Positions 55,481 to 64,000 of a stretch of 64,000 bases of DNA are shown here, piece after piece; positions within the stretch are counted from its first letter, which is position 1; every line of letters starts with the position of its first letter. Source of the stretch: Kiritimatiellia bacterium (GTDB taxonomy: Bacteria; Verrucomicrobiota; Kiritimatiellia; RFP12; UBA1067); assembly GCA_017450695.1 (NCBI GenBank), contig JAFSTA010000168.1:17826-81825 (forward strand), written 5' to 3'. The position numbers and the translations under genes were made by a program. The notes beneath the pieces are model-generated. The model made no database searches. It was not told the origin of the DNA and saw only the letters and a program-made list of their open reading frames with translations.

Positions 55481-57214
55481 TCAATTGAAGTTGATCATGG
55501 CGGTGACGGGCTGGCCGGGGGGGATCATGGGGCAGACGTTGGCGGTCGGCTCCACGAGGCATTCGATCAGCCATGTCTGGTTGCTGGCGAGCGCCCTTTC
55601 CAGCGCGGCGGCAACTTCCGTTTCGGTCGAGACGCGACAGGAGTGCGCCCCGTGCGCCTCCGCCAGCTTCACGAAATCGGGCAGGTAGATCGGACGGTCT
55701 TCAATCCGCTCGTTGGGGTTGCGTCCGTGCTGCGAGAGCGTGACGCCCATGCAACGGTTGTGGTAGAACAACTCTTGCCACTGTCGCACATTGCCGAGGT
55801 AGGTGTTGTTCAGGATCACGAAGACGATGGGCAGTTTGTGCTCCACGGCGACGACGAGTTCCTGGAAGTTCATCTGCGCTCCGCCGTCGCCCATGACGCT
55901 GACGACACGTTTGTTCGGGCAACCGAGCTGGGCGCCGATCGCGGCGGGCAGACTGTACCCCATCGTGCCGAGTCCGCCGGAGGTGAGGAACTGGCGGGGA
56001 CGCGAACAGGGATAGTACTGGGCGGACCACATCTGGTTTTGCCCCACGTCGGTGACGAGGATCGCTTCGCCCTTCGTCAATCGGTGAATCTGCTCGATGA
56101 CGAATTGGGGCATCAGCGCCTCGGACTGCTTGCGATAGAGATACGGGAAACGCTTCTTCCACTGCGCAACCCGTTCCAGCCAGGACGCATGGTCAGTCGG
56201 TTTGACAAGCGGCAGGACGCGGGAAAGGACATTCTTCACGTCGGCGCACATTCCGAGGTAGGGGGTGATGCTTTTGCCGATGGAGGAGCAGTCGATATCC
56301 ACATGGACGATTTTCGCGCGGGGCGCGAATTCGGAGACCTTGCCGATCACGCGATCGTCAAAGCGGGCGCCCATCGCCAGCAGGAGGTCGCAATGCGCGA
56401 GCGCCTGGTTGGCGGCGACCGTTCCGTGCATACCGATCATCCGCAGGTCGAGCGGATCGTCGGCGGGGAATGCGCCCAGTCCCATCAGCGTCTCGCAGAC
56501 GGGGATGTTCGCGCGGTGCGCCAAGGCGGAGACCTCGTCTGCCGCCGAACCGGAGATGACGCCCCCGCCCACATACAGGAGAGGGGATTCCGAAGCGTTG
56601 ATCAGCCCCGCGAGCCGTTCGATCACCGTGTCATCCACCGTCCTTGTCTCCGGCATGTAGGAGCGGAACTTCACTTCGTCAGGCGTTCTCCGATCCGTGA
56701 GGGCTTGCTGGATGTTTTTCGGGATGTCGATCACGACGGGACCAGGTTTCCCGGTGGTGGCGATGTAAAAAGCCTTCTTGATGATGGCGGGAAGCTCATC
56801 GACATCGCGGACGAGGAAATTGTATTTGGTGATCGGGCGGGTCATGCCCAGGACATCGGCCTCCTGAAAGGCGTCGTTGCCGATGCTCTCCAGGGCAACC
56901 TGTCCGGTGATGCACACCAGGGGAATGCCGTCCATATTGGCGGTGGCGAGTGCGGTGACGGTGTTGGTGGCGCCAGGACCGGAGGTGACGAGGCAACATC
57001 CCGGCTTGCCCGTGGCGCGGGCATACCCGTCCGCCATGTGGCAGGCGCCCTGCTCGTGGCGGGACAGGATAAAGTGCAGGGGGGCGTCGTAGAGGCAATC
57101 AAAGATATCGATCACCGTACCGCCGGGGTAACCGAAAAGCGTGTCGCAACCCGCTTCGAGCAAGCCGTCAATGACGCATTGCGCGCCAGATCGTTTTTTA
57201 CTGCCAGTATCCAT
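55481..57214 (-). CDS. ilvB: Acetolactate synthase large (catalytic) subunit, biosynthetic type (ThDP-dependent)
   Basis: SGAQCVIDGLLEAGCDTLFGYPGG, GPGATNTVTALATANMDGIPLV and the ThDP motif GGLGTMGYSLPAAIGA...GDGGAQMNFQEL. Start is ATG 57214 (GGAG 9 nt upstream) or alternatively ATG 57229. The track ORF start (57367) is an upstream run-on. Confidence 0.88.
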   Translation of the reverse strand: MDTGSKKRSGAQCVIDGLLEAGCDTLFGYPGGTVIDIFDCLYDAPLHFILSRHEQGACHMADGYARATGKPGCCLVTSGPGATNTVTALATANMDGIPLVCITGQVALESIGNDAFQEADVLGMTRPITKYNFLVRDVDELPAIIKKAFYIATTGKPGPVVIDIPKNIQQALTDRRTPDEVKFRSYMPETRTVDDTVIERLAGLINASESPLLYVGGGVISGSAADEVSALAHRANIPVCETLMGLGAFPADDPLDLRMIGMHGTVAANQALAHCDLLLAMGARFDDRVIGKVSEFAPRAKIVHVDIDCSSIGKSITPYLGMCADVKNVLSRVLPLVKPTDHASWLERVAQWKKRFPYLYRKQSEALMPQFVIEQIHRLTKGEAILVTDVGQNQMWSAQYYPCSRPRQFLTSGGLGTMGYSLPAAIGAQLGCPNKRVVSVMGDGGAQMNFQELVVAVEHKLPIVFVILNNTYLGNVRQWQELFYHNRCMGVTLSQHGRNPNERIEDRPIYLPDFVKLAEAHGAHSCRVSTETEVAAALERALASNQTWLIECLVEPTANVCPMIPPGQPVTAMINFN

Positions 57215-57327
57215 CGTTTGATTCTCCATGCCTGCAAGATTGGTTCGGTAGTTGGGTGGTTCGGCGGTTGGGCAATCGATTGCAGTCGATCGCTTTCGAT
57301 CACGATCGATTCTACAATACTGCCAAC

Positions 57328-57368
57328 AAAAAAACGTGTTGGGCGAAGATTGACATACGCCCAACACG
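57328..57368 (-). terminator. Rho-independent terminator downstream of plsX
   Basis: On the minus strand, the 11-bp perfect stem CGTGTTGGGCG / CGCCCAACACG (57358-57368 / 57335-57345) with a 12-nt loop is followed by seven U (plus-strand A run 57328-57334). It begins 21 nt after the plsX stop. Confidence 0.8.
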
Positions 57369-57388
57369 CCCTTTGCGCCGAGGCATCG

Positions 57389-58474
57389 TCAGAGGTTTTT
57401 GGCTACGGCCTCCGCGGCGGCGGCGTTCGCCTCTTCCTCCTTCGCGGCGTTTTGGGCGGCGGTCATTTCCGCGATTTTCTTCTCGATCGCGCCCGCGACG
57501 TTGTTCTGCGAAGCTGCCGCCCCCGCGATAATCGCGTGGAAAATCGCGCTGCTGTGAGAGGAGCCGTGGGTGATAATCACCGTGTTGGGGACTCCCAGCA
57601 GGGGTGCGCCGCCGTAGATTTCGGGATCCATCTTGCGTTTCAGGGCACGGAAGGCACCGTGCAACAAGAGGGCACCGAACATCCGGACGGGATGACGGTA
57701 GAATTCGCGCTTCATCCAGTAACCAACGGCGTGCGCGACGCTCTCGGTCGTCTTCAGCACGACGTTCCCGACGAATCCGTCGCAGACCACAACGTCCGTC
57801 TTTCCCAAAAAGAGATCGTGGCCCTCTACGTTTCCGCGGAAGGAGATATCCGGAATCTTCTGGATGAGGGGGAACGCTTTCTTGGTCATTTCGTTTCCCT
57901 TGCAATCCTCCGTTCCGATACTCAGCAGTCCGACCAGGGGGAGGGTTCGCTTCAAGACGGCGTGAGAATAAACGGATCCCATGACGGCGAACTGGGCGAG
58001 CCACTCCTCGTGGCAGTCCGTGTTCGCGCCGGCGTCCAGCAGCAAGAGAGGGCGCTTCGGCTGGCGTGTCGGCAGAACGGTGGCGATCGCGGGGCGGATC
58101 ACGCCCTTGATCCGGCCGAGGTGGAATACCGCAGAGGCCGCCACCGCGCCCGAATTCCCGGCGGAGACGAAAGCGTCCGCCTCCCCGCGCTTCACCATGT
58201 CCATCGCCACGTTGATGGAACAATTCTTCTTTTTGCGGACAGCGACCGCGGGCGGTTCGTCCATGTCGATCTGCTCGGGGGCGTGGACGATCTTCAGGCG
58301 GGAAAGATCCGCCTTCGGATACTTCGCCAGCTCCGTTCGGATGACCGGCTCGTCCCCGACCAGATAGACGCACTCGATGGTGTCCTGCAAATTGGCGGCG
58401 GCATCCACCGCGCCGTGTACGATCTCGTACGGCGCGTTGTCGCCGCCCATCACGTCTAGAGCGATGCGCGTCAT
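57389..58474 (-). CDS. plsX: Phosphate acyltransferase PlsX
   Basis: MTRIALDVMGGDNAP..., NSGA and GNVVLKT are typical PlsX motifs. The gene directly abuts rpmF (no gap), which is a conserved linkage. Confidence 0.92.
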   Translation of the reverse strand: MTRIALDVMGGDNAPYEIVHGAVDAAANLQDTIECVYLVGDEPVIRTELAKYPKADLSRLKIVHAPEQIDMDEPPAVAVRKKKNCSINVAMDMVKRGEADAFVSAGNSGAVAASAVFHLGRIKGVIRPAIATVLPTRQPKRPLLLLDAGANTDCHEEWLAQFAVMGSVYSHAVLKRTLPLVGLLSIGTEDCKGNEMTKKAFPLIQKIPDISFRGNVEGHDLFLGKTDVVVCDGFVGNVVLKTTESVAHAVGYWMKREFYRHPVRMFGALLLHGAFRALKRKMDPEIYGGAPLLGVPNTVIITHGSSHSSAIFHAIIAGAAASQNNVAGAIEKKIAEMTAAQNAAKEEEANAAAAEAVAKNL

Positions 58475-58666
58475 CTACTTTTCCGCGTCAGCTTTCACTG
58501 TCAGGACTTTGCGACCGTTGTACATCCCGCAGGACGGGCAAGCATGGTGCGATTGCATCGGCGCACCGCAATTCGGACACGCGCTGACGGAAGCGACGAC
58601 CGCCTTGACCTGTCCGACGCGCTGACGGACTTTTTGTTTCGACTTCTTTTTCTTTGGCTCTGCCAT
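58475..58666 (-). CDS. rpmF: 50S ribosomal protein L32 (zinc-ribbon form)
   Basis: 63 aa: MAEPKKKKSKQKVRQR...CPNCGAPMQSHHACPSCGMYNGRKV. Conserved position between yceD and plsX. Confidence 0.9.
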   Translation of the reverse strand: MAEPKKKKSKQKVRQRVGQVKAVVASVSACPNCGAPMQSHHACPSCGMYNGRKVLTVKADAEK

Positions 58667-58676
58667 AGTCCTACAC

Positions 58677-59228
58677 TCACTTTCTCTGCGATTTGCCGGA
58701 CGCCTTGCGCCCGGCTCGTTCTGTCCCGGTTTCGCCGGGGGTACTCTTCAACCAATCGTCCAGACATGCGAACTCGTTCCCGCCCTCGGAATGCTTGCAC
58801 GAGCAGGCACCCTCGTTCAGGTTCGCGCCGCAGGTCGGACACAGCCCCAGGCACCCCTCCCTGCAGAGGGGGTAACTGGGAAACGCCAGTATGATAGCCT
58901 CTCGAACCTCATCGGTCAAGTCTGCATACTCTGTTTTTGCATCGATTTCTATCGAGCAAACAAATTCGTTCTCTTCCGCCACGGTCTCGAAATCCGCCCC
59001 GCAGCGGCGGCACACGCACCGGATCGGCTGCCAGACACGCCCTTGGATCAGCAGTTCGCTGCCGAGCAGATGCGCGAAAAACCGATAGTGCATCCCGCCC
59101 AGCGGCGTGATGTACGGCTCGTCGCCCAGCTCCAGCAGACCCTCGTCCGTCTCGCCGGAAAACTCTTCCCCGTCCTTATCGAGACGGGCGACGTCAACGA
59201 TCAAATGCCCCTGCGTCTGCAACGCCAT
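58677..59228 (-). CDS. yceD: DUF177 / YceD family protein (large-subunit rRNA accumulation protein)
   Basis: 183 aa with the C-terminal Cys cluster CREGCLGLCPTCGANLNEGACSC and the conserved yceD-rpmF-plsX order. Its start overlaps the coaD 3' end by 35 nt. Confidence 0.75.
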   Translation of the reverse strand: MALQTQGHLIVDVARLDKDGEEFSGETDEGLLELGDEPYITPLGGMHYRFFAHLLGSELLIQGRVWQPIRCVCRRCGADFETVAEENEFVCSIEIDAKTEYADLTDEVREAIILAFPSYPLCREGCLGLCPTCGANLNEGACSCKHSEGGNEFACLDDWLKSTPGETGTERAGRKASGKSQRK

Positions 59229-59745
59229 TCCCTTCCCGTATGATGTGCTTTTCCGGATGCCGCTTCAGGTACTCGACCAGATGACGGTTGACCGCCGGGG
59301 GAACGAACGGACTGGTGTCGCCCCCGTAGCGCGTGATTTCCCGGATCATGCTCGCCGTCACATAACTGTAGTTCTCGTTCGGCATCATAAACAACGTCTC
59401 GATTTCGGGCGCGAGCTTGCGGTTCGTCAACGCCATCTGGAACTCGTACTCGAAATCGCTGTACACGCGCAGTCCGCGCACCACGACGCGGACATCGTGC
59501 TTCCTGCAATAATCAACCAGCATCCGGTCCAGGCAGTCGATCGTCACGTTCTCGATCCCTTCCTCGTCGAGGCACTCCCGCACCATCTGCATCCGCTCCT
59601 CGATGCCGAACATGCTGGTCGCCTTCATCGACACGCCCGCGACCGCGACGATCACGCGGTCAAACTGCCTCGTGCTGCGCCGGATCAAATCCAAATGTCC
59701 CATCGTCAACGGGTCGAATGTTCCCGGATAGACTGCGGTCGTCAT
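59194..59745 (-). CDS. coaD: Phosphopantetheine adenylyltransferase
   Basis: MTTAVYPGTFDPLTMGHLDLIRRS... (T/HxGH nucleotidyltransferase motif). Start ATG 59745 with GGAGG 5 nt upstream and an ATGA overlap with the rsmD stop. The upstream part of the track ORF was rejected. Confidence 0.9.
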   Translation of the reverse strand: MTTAVYPGTFDPLTMGHLDLIRRSTRQFDRVIVAVAGVSMKATSMFGIEERMQMVRECLDEEGIENVTIDCLDRMLVDYCRKHDVRVVVRGLRVYSDFEYEFQMALTNRKLAPEIETLFMMPNENYSYVTASMIREITRYGGDTSPFVPPAVNRHLVEYLKRHPEKHIIREGNGVADAGAFDR

Positions 59746-60398
59746 GCTTCCCTCCGCCATATCACCAGCCTTGTCTTGCCGTACACCCGGTCCCGGATCG
59801 GCTCCCATCCTTCCACCGCCTCCGCATTCAGCTCGGCGGGCATCTCCGCCACGAAGTACCCTCCGGCCTGCAAGACCTCGTTCTCTTTCGCCGCCCGCAA
59901 CATCGCGGCGAAACCGTTGTTCCGCGCGTCCTCGTAGGGCGGGTCGGCGTACAGCACCTTCGCGTTCCGTCCCTTGCCGCCTTGCGCGAGCCAAGCCGTC
60001 GCGTCGGCGATGACCAGCTCCGTGCCGGGATAGCGGTCGGGTAGGGGAATCGACGGAATCTGGCGCGGATGGATTTTTTTCGCGTGCAGAACGCCGCGTC
60101 CCGGATCGGGTTGCGCCGCCTGTGCGGACGGTCCCGCCAGCTCCAGGAAATTCTCGTAAATCAGGCGGGCATTCTGCACGTTCTTCTCAATCCAGGTCAC
60201 GCCGCCAGCGCCCCGGCTGAGCGCGTCCAACCCCACGGCACCGCTCCCGCCGAAGAGGTCGATCCAATGCGCCTCCGCCACGGACTCCGCGAGAATGGAA
60301 AACAGAGCCTCCCGCACCCAGTCCTGGGTCGGTCTGATCTGATCGCCCGGCGGCGTCTTGATCCGCCTGCCGCACCATGTTCCGCCTGTTATCCGCAT
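59742..60398 (-). CDS. rsmD: 16S rRNA (guanine966-N2)-methyltransferase RsmD
   Basis: MRITGGTWCGRRIKTPPGDQIRPTQDWVREALFSIL, LFGGSGAVGLDALSRGA and ADPPYE. The rsmD-coaD pairing is conserved. Confidence 0.85.
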   Translation of the reverse strand: MRITGGTWCGRRIKTPPGDQIRPTQDWVREALFSILAESVAEAHWIDLFGGSGAVGLDALSRGAGGVTWIEKNVQNARLIYENFLELAGPSAQAAQPDPGRGVLHAKKIHPRQIPSIPLPDRYPGTELVIADATAWLAQGGKGRNAKVLYADPPYEDARNNGFAAMLRAAKENEVLQAGGYFVAEMPAELNAEAVEGWEPIRDRVYGKTRLVIWRREA

Positions 60399-60605
60399 TG
60401 TCTCGCTTCACCGTTTCTTTTCCCGCAGTGGGAAAAAACCATTATGCCATTTTTCCCCTGTCAGTCAAGCAGAAAAGGGGAGCGTGAAGCGGCGTGTCAA
60501 GCCGGTTCGGCGAGTTTGCTCGCCGCTTTGCGGTAGCGTGTGGAGCAAAAGGGACAAAAGCGACTGAAGAGATCAAAGGGATTCAGCCGCCGGGAGTAAG
60601 CGAAA

Positions 60606-60856
60606 AGGTGAAATGGTTCAATCGCCGCTGACGCGGCTTTCAATCGACCTGATCCGCTCGTCGGCAGTTCGTCAATTGAATCATTTCACTATTTAAAGCG
60701 AAGCGATTTAACTTTCACCCCTCCCTCATCGGGGAAGCGACACTCTTGTCGCTTCATGGCGAATGGGGAACACGCCCCGTCGCGACTGCCACGTGTACCC
60801 GGAATATCCGGAATGTCCGGATTATCCGGCTTAACACGCTTCTCAGCTTGCCCCGC
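60606..60856. repeat. Mosaic intergenic repeat block (D reverse, B, C, CCGGAAT mini-palindromes, CTTCTCAGC word)
   Basis: D (reverse, shortened) at 60606-60720. B at 60731-60755 GGGGAAGCGACACTCTTGTCGCTTC. C at 60765-60793. 60799-60829 reads CCGGAATATCCGGAATGTCCGGATTATCCGG. CTTCTCAGCTTGCCCCGCC ends exactly at the stop codon of the metallophosphoesterase gene (60857). Confidence 0.85.
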
Positions 60857-62257
60857 CTACATCTCGAAGAGATCGGAGGTGATTGCGTGTCCCTTGTTCC
60901 CGTAACATTCCGTTGGGCGCACGACAAAGCGGATCTGGGTTCCTTTTTTCGGAAGCTCGCTCGCCGCAAACACGCACGTTCCCTTCGTCGCCTCACGCGT
61001 GGGCGGCAGGTGGAAGCTCTCGGAAAGGACGCGCTTCGACGCGACGGGGTAGTCCACGTCCTCGTGGTAGGCGAACGCCTGTACCTCGTAGTCATAGACG
61101 CGCGAGGTTGCCGACGATTTCGCCGCTGGGAACTGTACGGTCACCTGGTCCGTCTCCGTGCCGCGCCGGTCTTTGCCCATGCCGCGTGTCACCGACACGG
61201 CGGCCCCGTCGGCAAATTCCGGCGCAACCATCTTCGCCCCCCGCACGTCGAACGCAAAGGCGCGCGATCCGTCCAGCGGCACATGCCAGTCCGGGCCCAC
61301 CTTCTCGCCTCCCAGGAACTCGCGCCGTTCGATCACGAGTTGATCGTCATAGACGGACACCAGCATTCCTTGTTTCCCCAGATGTTCGGGAAGAAGCGGC
61401 ATCTGTTTGAGAACGCCGTTGTGGTTTTCCCCGTTCTCGCGCCAGTATTGCGCGAAGATGTAGGAGAGCGATGAAGTGCCGATGGACGTGAACGCTCCCT
61501 GCCAGACGCACCGCTCGTCGGTGAGCGAATAATGCGAGTGGCCGGAGAAGGCCACGGCGTTCGGATAGGCGGAAAGCGCGCGCGTGGCGACACCGTGGTC
61601 GTGCCCCCACGCCCACGGTCCTTGGACCGTATTGCCCGGATGCGGATGCTGCGCGTAGAAGAAGGGCTTCGTTCCCTTCAGTCCCAGCTTGGCCTCGTTT
61701 GCCTTCAGGAAAGCATCCAGCTCCTTCTCGTATCCCCAGTGCGAACCGATGAACGTGTATCCCTTCACCTGCTTCGCGTACACGCCCGACCACGCCTCCT
61801 TGAAGAGTCGTTCCCACACCGCCTTGCGGTCGGTGACGATCCGGTGCGCCGCGCGGGTTGTCTCATCCGGATACTTTTCCGCCAGCTTCTTGGGCGTGTC
61901 GCCGTACCCGTGCCCCTGCACGTCATGGTTGCCGTAAACGAAGAGTTTTTCGATCGGCTGCCCGTCGGGACGACGGTTCTCAGGAAACACCTTGAACCAG
62001 GCTTTCGCCACCAGCTCCAGTTGATCCACCAGCCCGCGGTCTGCCATGTCCCCCGCGATGATCACGCCATCCGCTTGGCTGTCGCGGAAGAATTCGAGCG
62101 CGCGTTCGAAGACCGGCACGTTCTTTTCATCGAAGATGTGGATGTCGCTCAGGACACCGAGCCGCAGACGCGTCTCGCCCCCGGGGACGGCACCCCAAAG
62201 TCTGGCGCCACTCGCCGCCATACCTGCCAGAAAGAACCTTCGTGAAACTGCAAACAT
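60857..62257 (-). CDS. Calcineurin-like metallophosphoesterase with twin-arginine (Tat) signal
   Basis: MFAVSRRFFLAGMAASGARLWGA (SRRFFL Tat motif). Metallophosphoesterase motifs GVLSDIHI, GDMADRG, GNHD and SGHSH. Confidence 0.8.
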   Translation of the reverse strand: MFAVSRRFFLAGMAASGARLWGAVPGGETRLRLGVLSDIHIFDEKNVPVFERALEFFRDSQADGVIIAGDMADRGLVDQLELVAKAWFKVFPENRRPDGQPIEKLFVYGNHDVQGHGYGDTPKKLAEKYPDETTRAAHRIVTDRKAVWERLFKEAWSGVYAKQVKGYTFIGSHWGYEKELDAFLKANEAKLGLKGTKPFFYAQHPHPGNTVQGPWAWGHDHGVATRALSAYPNAVAFSGHSHYSLTDERCVWQGAFTSIGTSSLSYIFAQYWRENGENHNGVLKQMPLLPEHLGKQGMLVSVYDDQLVIERREFLGGEKVGPDWHVPLDGSRAFAFDVRGAKMVAPEFADGAAVSVTRGMGKDRRGTETDQVTVQFPAAKSSATSRVYDYEVQAFAYHEDVDYPVASKRVLSESFHLPPTREATKGTCVFAASELPKKGTQIRFVVRPTECYGNKGHAITSDLFEM

Positions 62258-62302
62258 CCTTTGCCCTCCTTGCTGGACGATTTTTTCGATCTGCCGAAAA
62301 CC

Positions 62303-64000
62303 CTACTTCTGGAGCAGAACCCCTTGGTGACCGCAGGGAATCACAACTTTCCCCTTCCAGAACGTCGCGATGTCGGGATTGCCAGAGACCTTCCAACGCT
62401 TGAGGAAGACGGGGTTCTCCGGATCGGCGAAGTCGTACAGCGCGACCTCGCGGTTGATGCGACACGTTTTGACCACGCGCGTCCCGTTCGGGTCCTTGCG
62501 CGGGATGCCGCACAGTTTGGAGCCGGGCCCGGGCAACGGCTTCCTCGGCCAGCGTGAGCAGTCTGGCGGATCTCCCTCGTTCGGCGCGAGGAACAGATAG
62601 TCCGCCCCGGATGTCACGAGCGCCCGGTTCTCGTCGAATCGGCAGATCCCGTTTTCCAAGCCGATGAAGTTGTATTTCGTCGTGGTCACCAGAGACGGTT
62701 GCGGTTCCGCGCCCAGGTCGATCCACAGGATATTCTTGTGCGCGTTGTTGTACGCCATGTACCGTCCCCCGCCGATCGGCGCGTCCATCAGGAACTTGTC
62801 CCACCCCGGACAGGTTCCGAAGCGGAAAAGGTCTTTCGGGCGCGTGGGGTCGGAGATGTCGTAAAGGCGGCATCCGCCGTTGCGTGAGGAGAGTATCAGG
62901 TGGTTACGGTCCGCCACCCACAAGCAGAGCGCCAAGTTGTTCCCCGGACCGATCTGGGGAAGTCGGCCGATCTCGCGGAACCCGGTCGGCGTGTCCATCT
63001 CGTAGAAGCCGAAGCCGTCCAGCCCCTCTGCCGTGTAGAGGCGCGTGCCGTCCACCTGCACGTCGAAGACGCGCGGATGCCCAGTCAGTTCTCCGATCTT
63101 CTCGATGCCGCCCTCCGGCTTGACCTGGAGAACATGCAGTCCCGCGTCGCCGCACGCGGCATAGACCACGTCGCCGGCCACAGCCACGGCGCGCGCCTGA
63201 CCGGGTCGCGCGGGTTTCCACACCCGGAACTCGTTTTCGTCGGTGAGATACGGTTCGCGGTACGAGGCGTGGATCGGTGGCGGACCTTGCTCGAACGTCT
63301 CCTGCGCCGCTCCTTTCGCGGGCAGGACGATGAGTCCGCATCCCATGCCGCCCGCATAGACGCAACCGTTCCCGACGGCCACGGAACCGATACAGCAACT
63401 CGGCCATTCGGGATGGCTCGCCAGAGGTGCGGTCCAGCGGTCCACCACCTTCGGGTTTGTCGGGTCGGCGCAATCGACGGCAAAAAGCCCGTCGTGCGTG
63501 GCCGCACAGAACACGAGGTCCGAGCTTGCGCTCGTGCGCGGCGTCCACATGTCGAGTCCGCGCACGTAGAGCGGCGGATAGTCCGCGCGGCCGACTCGCC
63601 GCGGATGCGTCGGATCGGAGACGTCGAAGATGTCGAGTCCGTGTCCGCAACCCGCCCCCGGTCCCGCGCCGCCGTAGAGATGCAGTTCCTGCGAGTCAAC
63701 TCCCTTGTACGGCAGCTTCGAGAGGTCGCGATGCCTCGCGTGATGTCCCGTGGAGGCGTACAGGTATTTACCCTTCAACCACACTCCGTCGCCGAATCCC
63801 CACAGGTCTTCGTAGGCCACCTGCCGGATGTTCTTCATGTCGCGCGCGTCAAACACCGTCAGCTTGGCCGATCCCCAGTCGCCGGAATAGACGTACCCGT
63901 TGCGGTACTTCACGCTCTGCGATTCGTCGGTTTTGCGCATCGCGATGTGTGCGGGGTGGTCGGGATCGGAGACATCGATGAACTCCACGCCGTTTTGCCG
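62303..64000 (-). CDS. LVIVD-repeat beta-propeller protein (N-terminus beyond right window edge)
   Basis: Repeated (I/F)DVSDP..P motifs (IDVSDPDHP, FDVSDPTHP, YDISDPTRP, YDFADPENP) are typical of LVIVD repeats. The frame is still open upstream of the track start (GTG at 63988) up to position 64000, so the gene is probably 5'-truncated by the window. Confidence 0.7.
   Translation of the reverse strand, partial: RQNGVEFIDVSDPDHPAHIAMRKTDESQSVKYRNGYVYSGDWGSAKLTVFDARDMKNIRQVAYEDLWGFGDGVWLKGKYLYASTGHHARHRDLSKLPYKGVDSQELHLYGGAGPGAGCGHGLDIFDVSDPTHPRRVGRADYPPLYVRGLDMWTPRTSASSDLVFCAATHDGLFAVDCADPTNPKVVDRWTAPLASHPEWPSCCIGSVAVGNGCVYAGGMGCGLIVLPAKGAAQETFEQGPPPIHASYREPYLTDENEFRVWKPARPGQARAVAVAGDVVYAACGDAGLHVLQVKPEGGIEKIGELTGHPRVFDVQVDGTRLYTAEGLDGFGFYEMDTPTGFREIGRLPQIGPGNNLALCLWVADRNHLILSSRNGGCRLYDISDPTRPKDLFRFGTCPGWDKFLMDAPIGGGRYMAYNNAHKNILWIDLGAEPQPSLVTTTKYNFIGLENGICRFDENRALVTSGADYLFLAPNEGDPPDCSRWPRKPLPGPGSKLCGIPRKDPNGTRVVKTCRINREVALYDFADPENPVFLKRWKVSGNPDIATFWKGKVVIPCGHQGVLLQK

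Noticed and set aside
55301-58459. 1052-aa plus-strand ORF antisense to ilvB and plsX. The same pattern appears in 50804-53401 (865 aa), 9772-11778 (668 aa), 7824-9524 (566 aa), 3286-4527 (413 aa) and many shorter ORFs
   Set aside because: All have the same Arg/Gly/Val/Asp-rich antisense signature. The opposite strands encode proteins with unambiguous conserved motifs (ThDP enzyme, PlsX, C10 peptidase and others).

Overview
GC-rich bacterial chromosomal segment: hand counts give about 55-60% GC in typical genes and about 42% in one patch. I call 40 protein-coding genes and 1 frameshifted pseudogene. I could not recognise any rRNA, tRNA, CRISPR array, transposase or integrase. All family assignments come from motifs read in the ORF translations and recalled from memory. 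No database search was run.

Gene content:
- Signal-peptide-bearing glycan-active enzymes: GHL10/YddW-like, single and double beta-helix (GH55-like), GH29 fucosidase, GH106-like, CE4 deacetylase, GT10-like.
- Large secreted protease and anti-protease genes: tricorn-like S41, streptopain-like C10, alpha-2-macroglobulin.
- Housekeeping genes: rlmN, rdgB, asnS, grpE-dnaJ, rsmE, argJ, ilvB, yceD-rpmF-plsX, rsmD-coaD.
- The gene style fits a PVC-group organism (Lentisphaerota, Kiritimatiellota or Verrucomicrobiota). This is inference only.

Most notable observations:
1. Almost every intergenic spacer longer than 200 bp is a mosaic built from a small vocabulary of short repeat modules. These include arrays of variable GC-rich mini-hairpins punctuated by a constant TAAGT/ACTTA word, and a ~135-bp long-inverted-repeat element. 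Hairpin stems differ between copies while complementarity is kept.
2. A seven-gene, translationally coupled minus-strand operon (26341 to 16815) joins an orphan OppD-type ABC ATPase, three glycan enzymes, a eukaryote-like EHD/dynamin-family NTPase with a membrane hairpin, a DEDDh exonuclease and RdgB.
3. An island at 46.5-50.7 kb carries an EcoRI-family adenine methyltransferase, a DUF262(ParB-like)-HNH nuclease and a Fic protein with a non-canonical motif. A ~1-kb low-GC patch interrupts it. The patch holds three tandem 105-bp hairpin repeats, a GxxExxY (PD-(D/E)XK-like) gene and a fourth flanking hairpin. This layout resembles either attC-type cassette junctions or a type III toxin-antitoxin RNA array.
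4. An AAA-ATPase/PDDEXK_9 gene is frameshifted.
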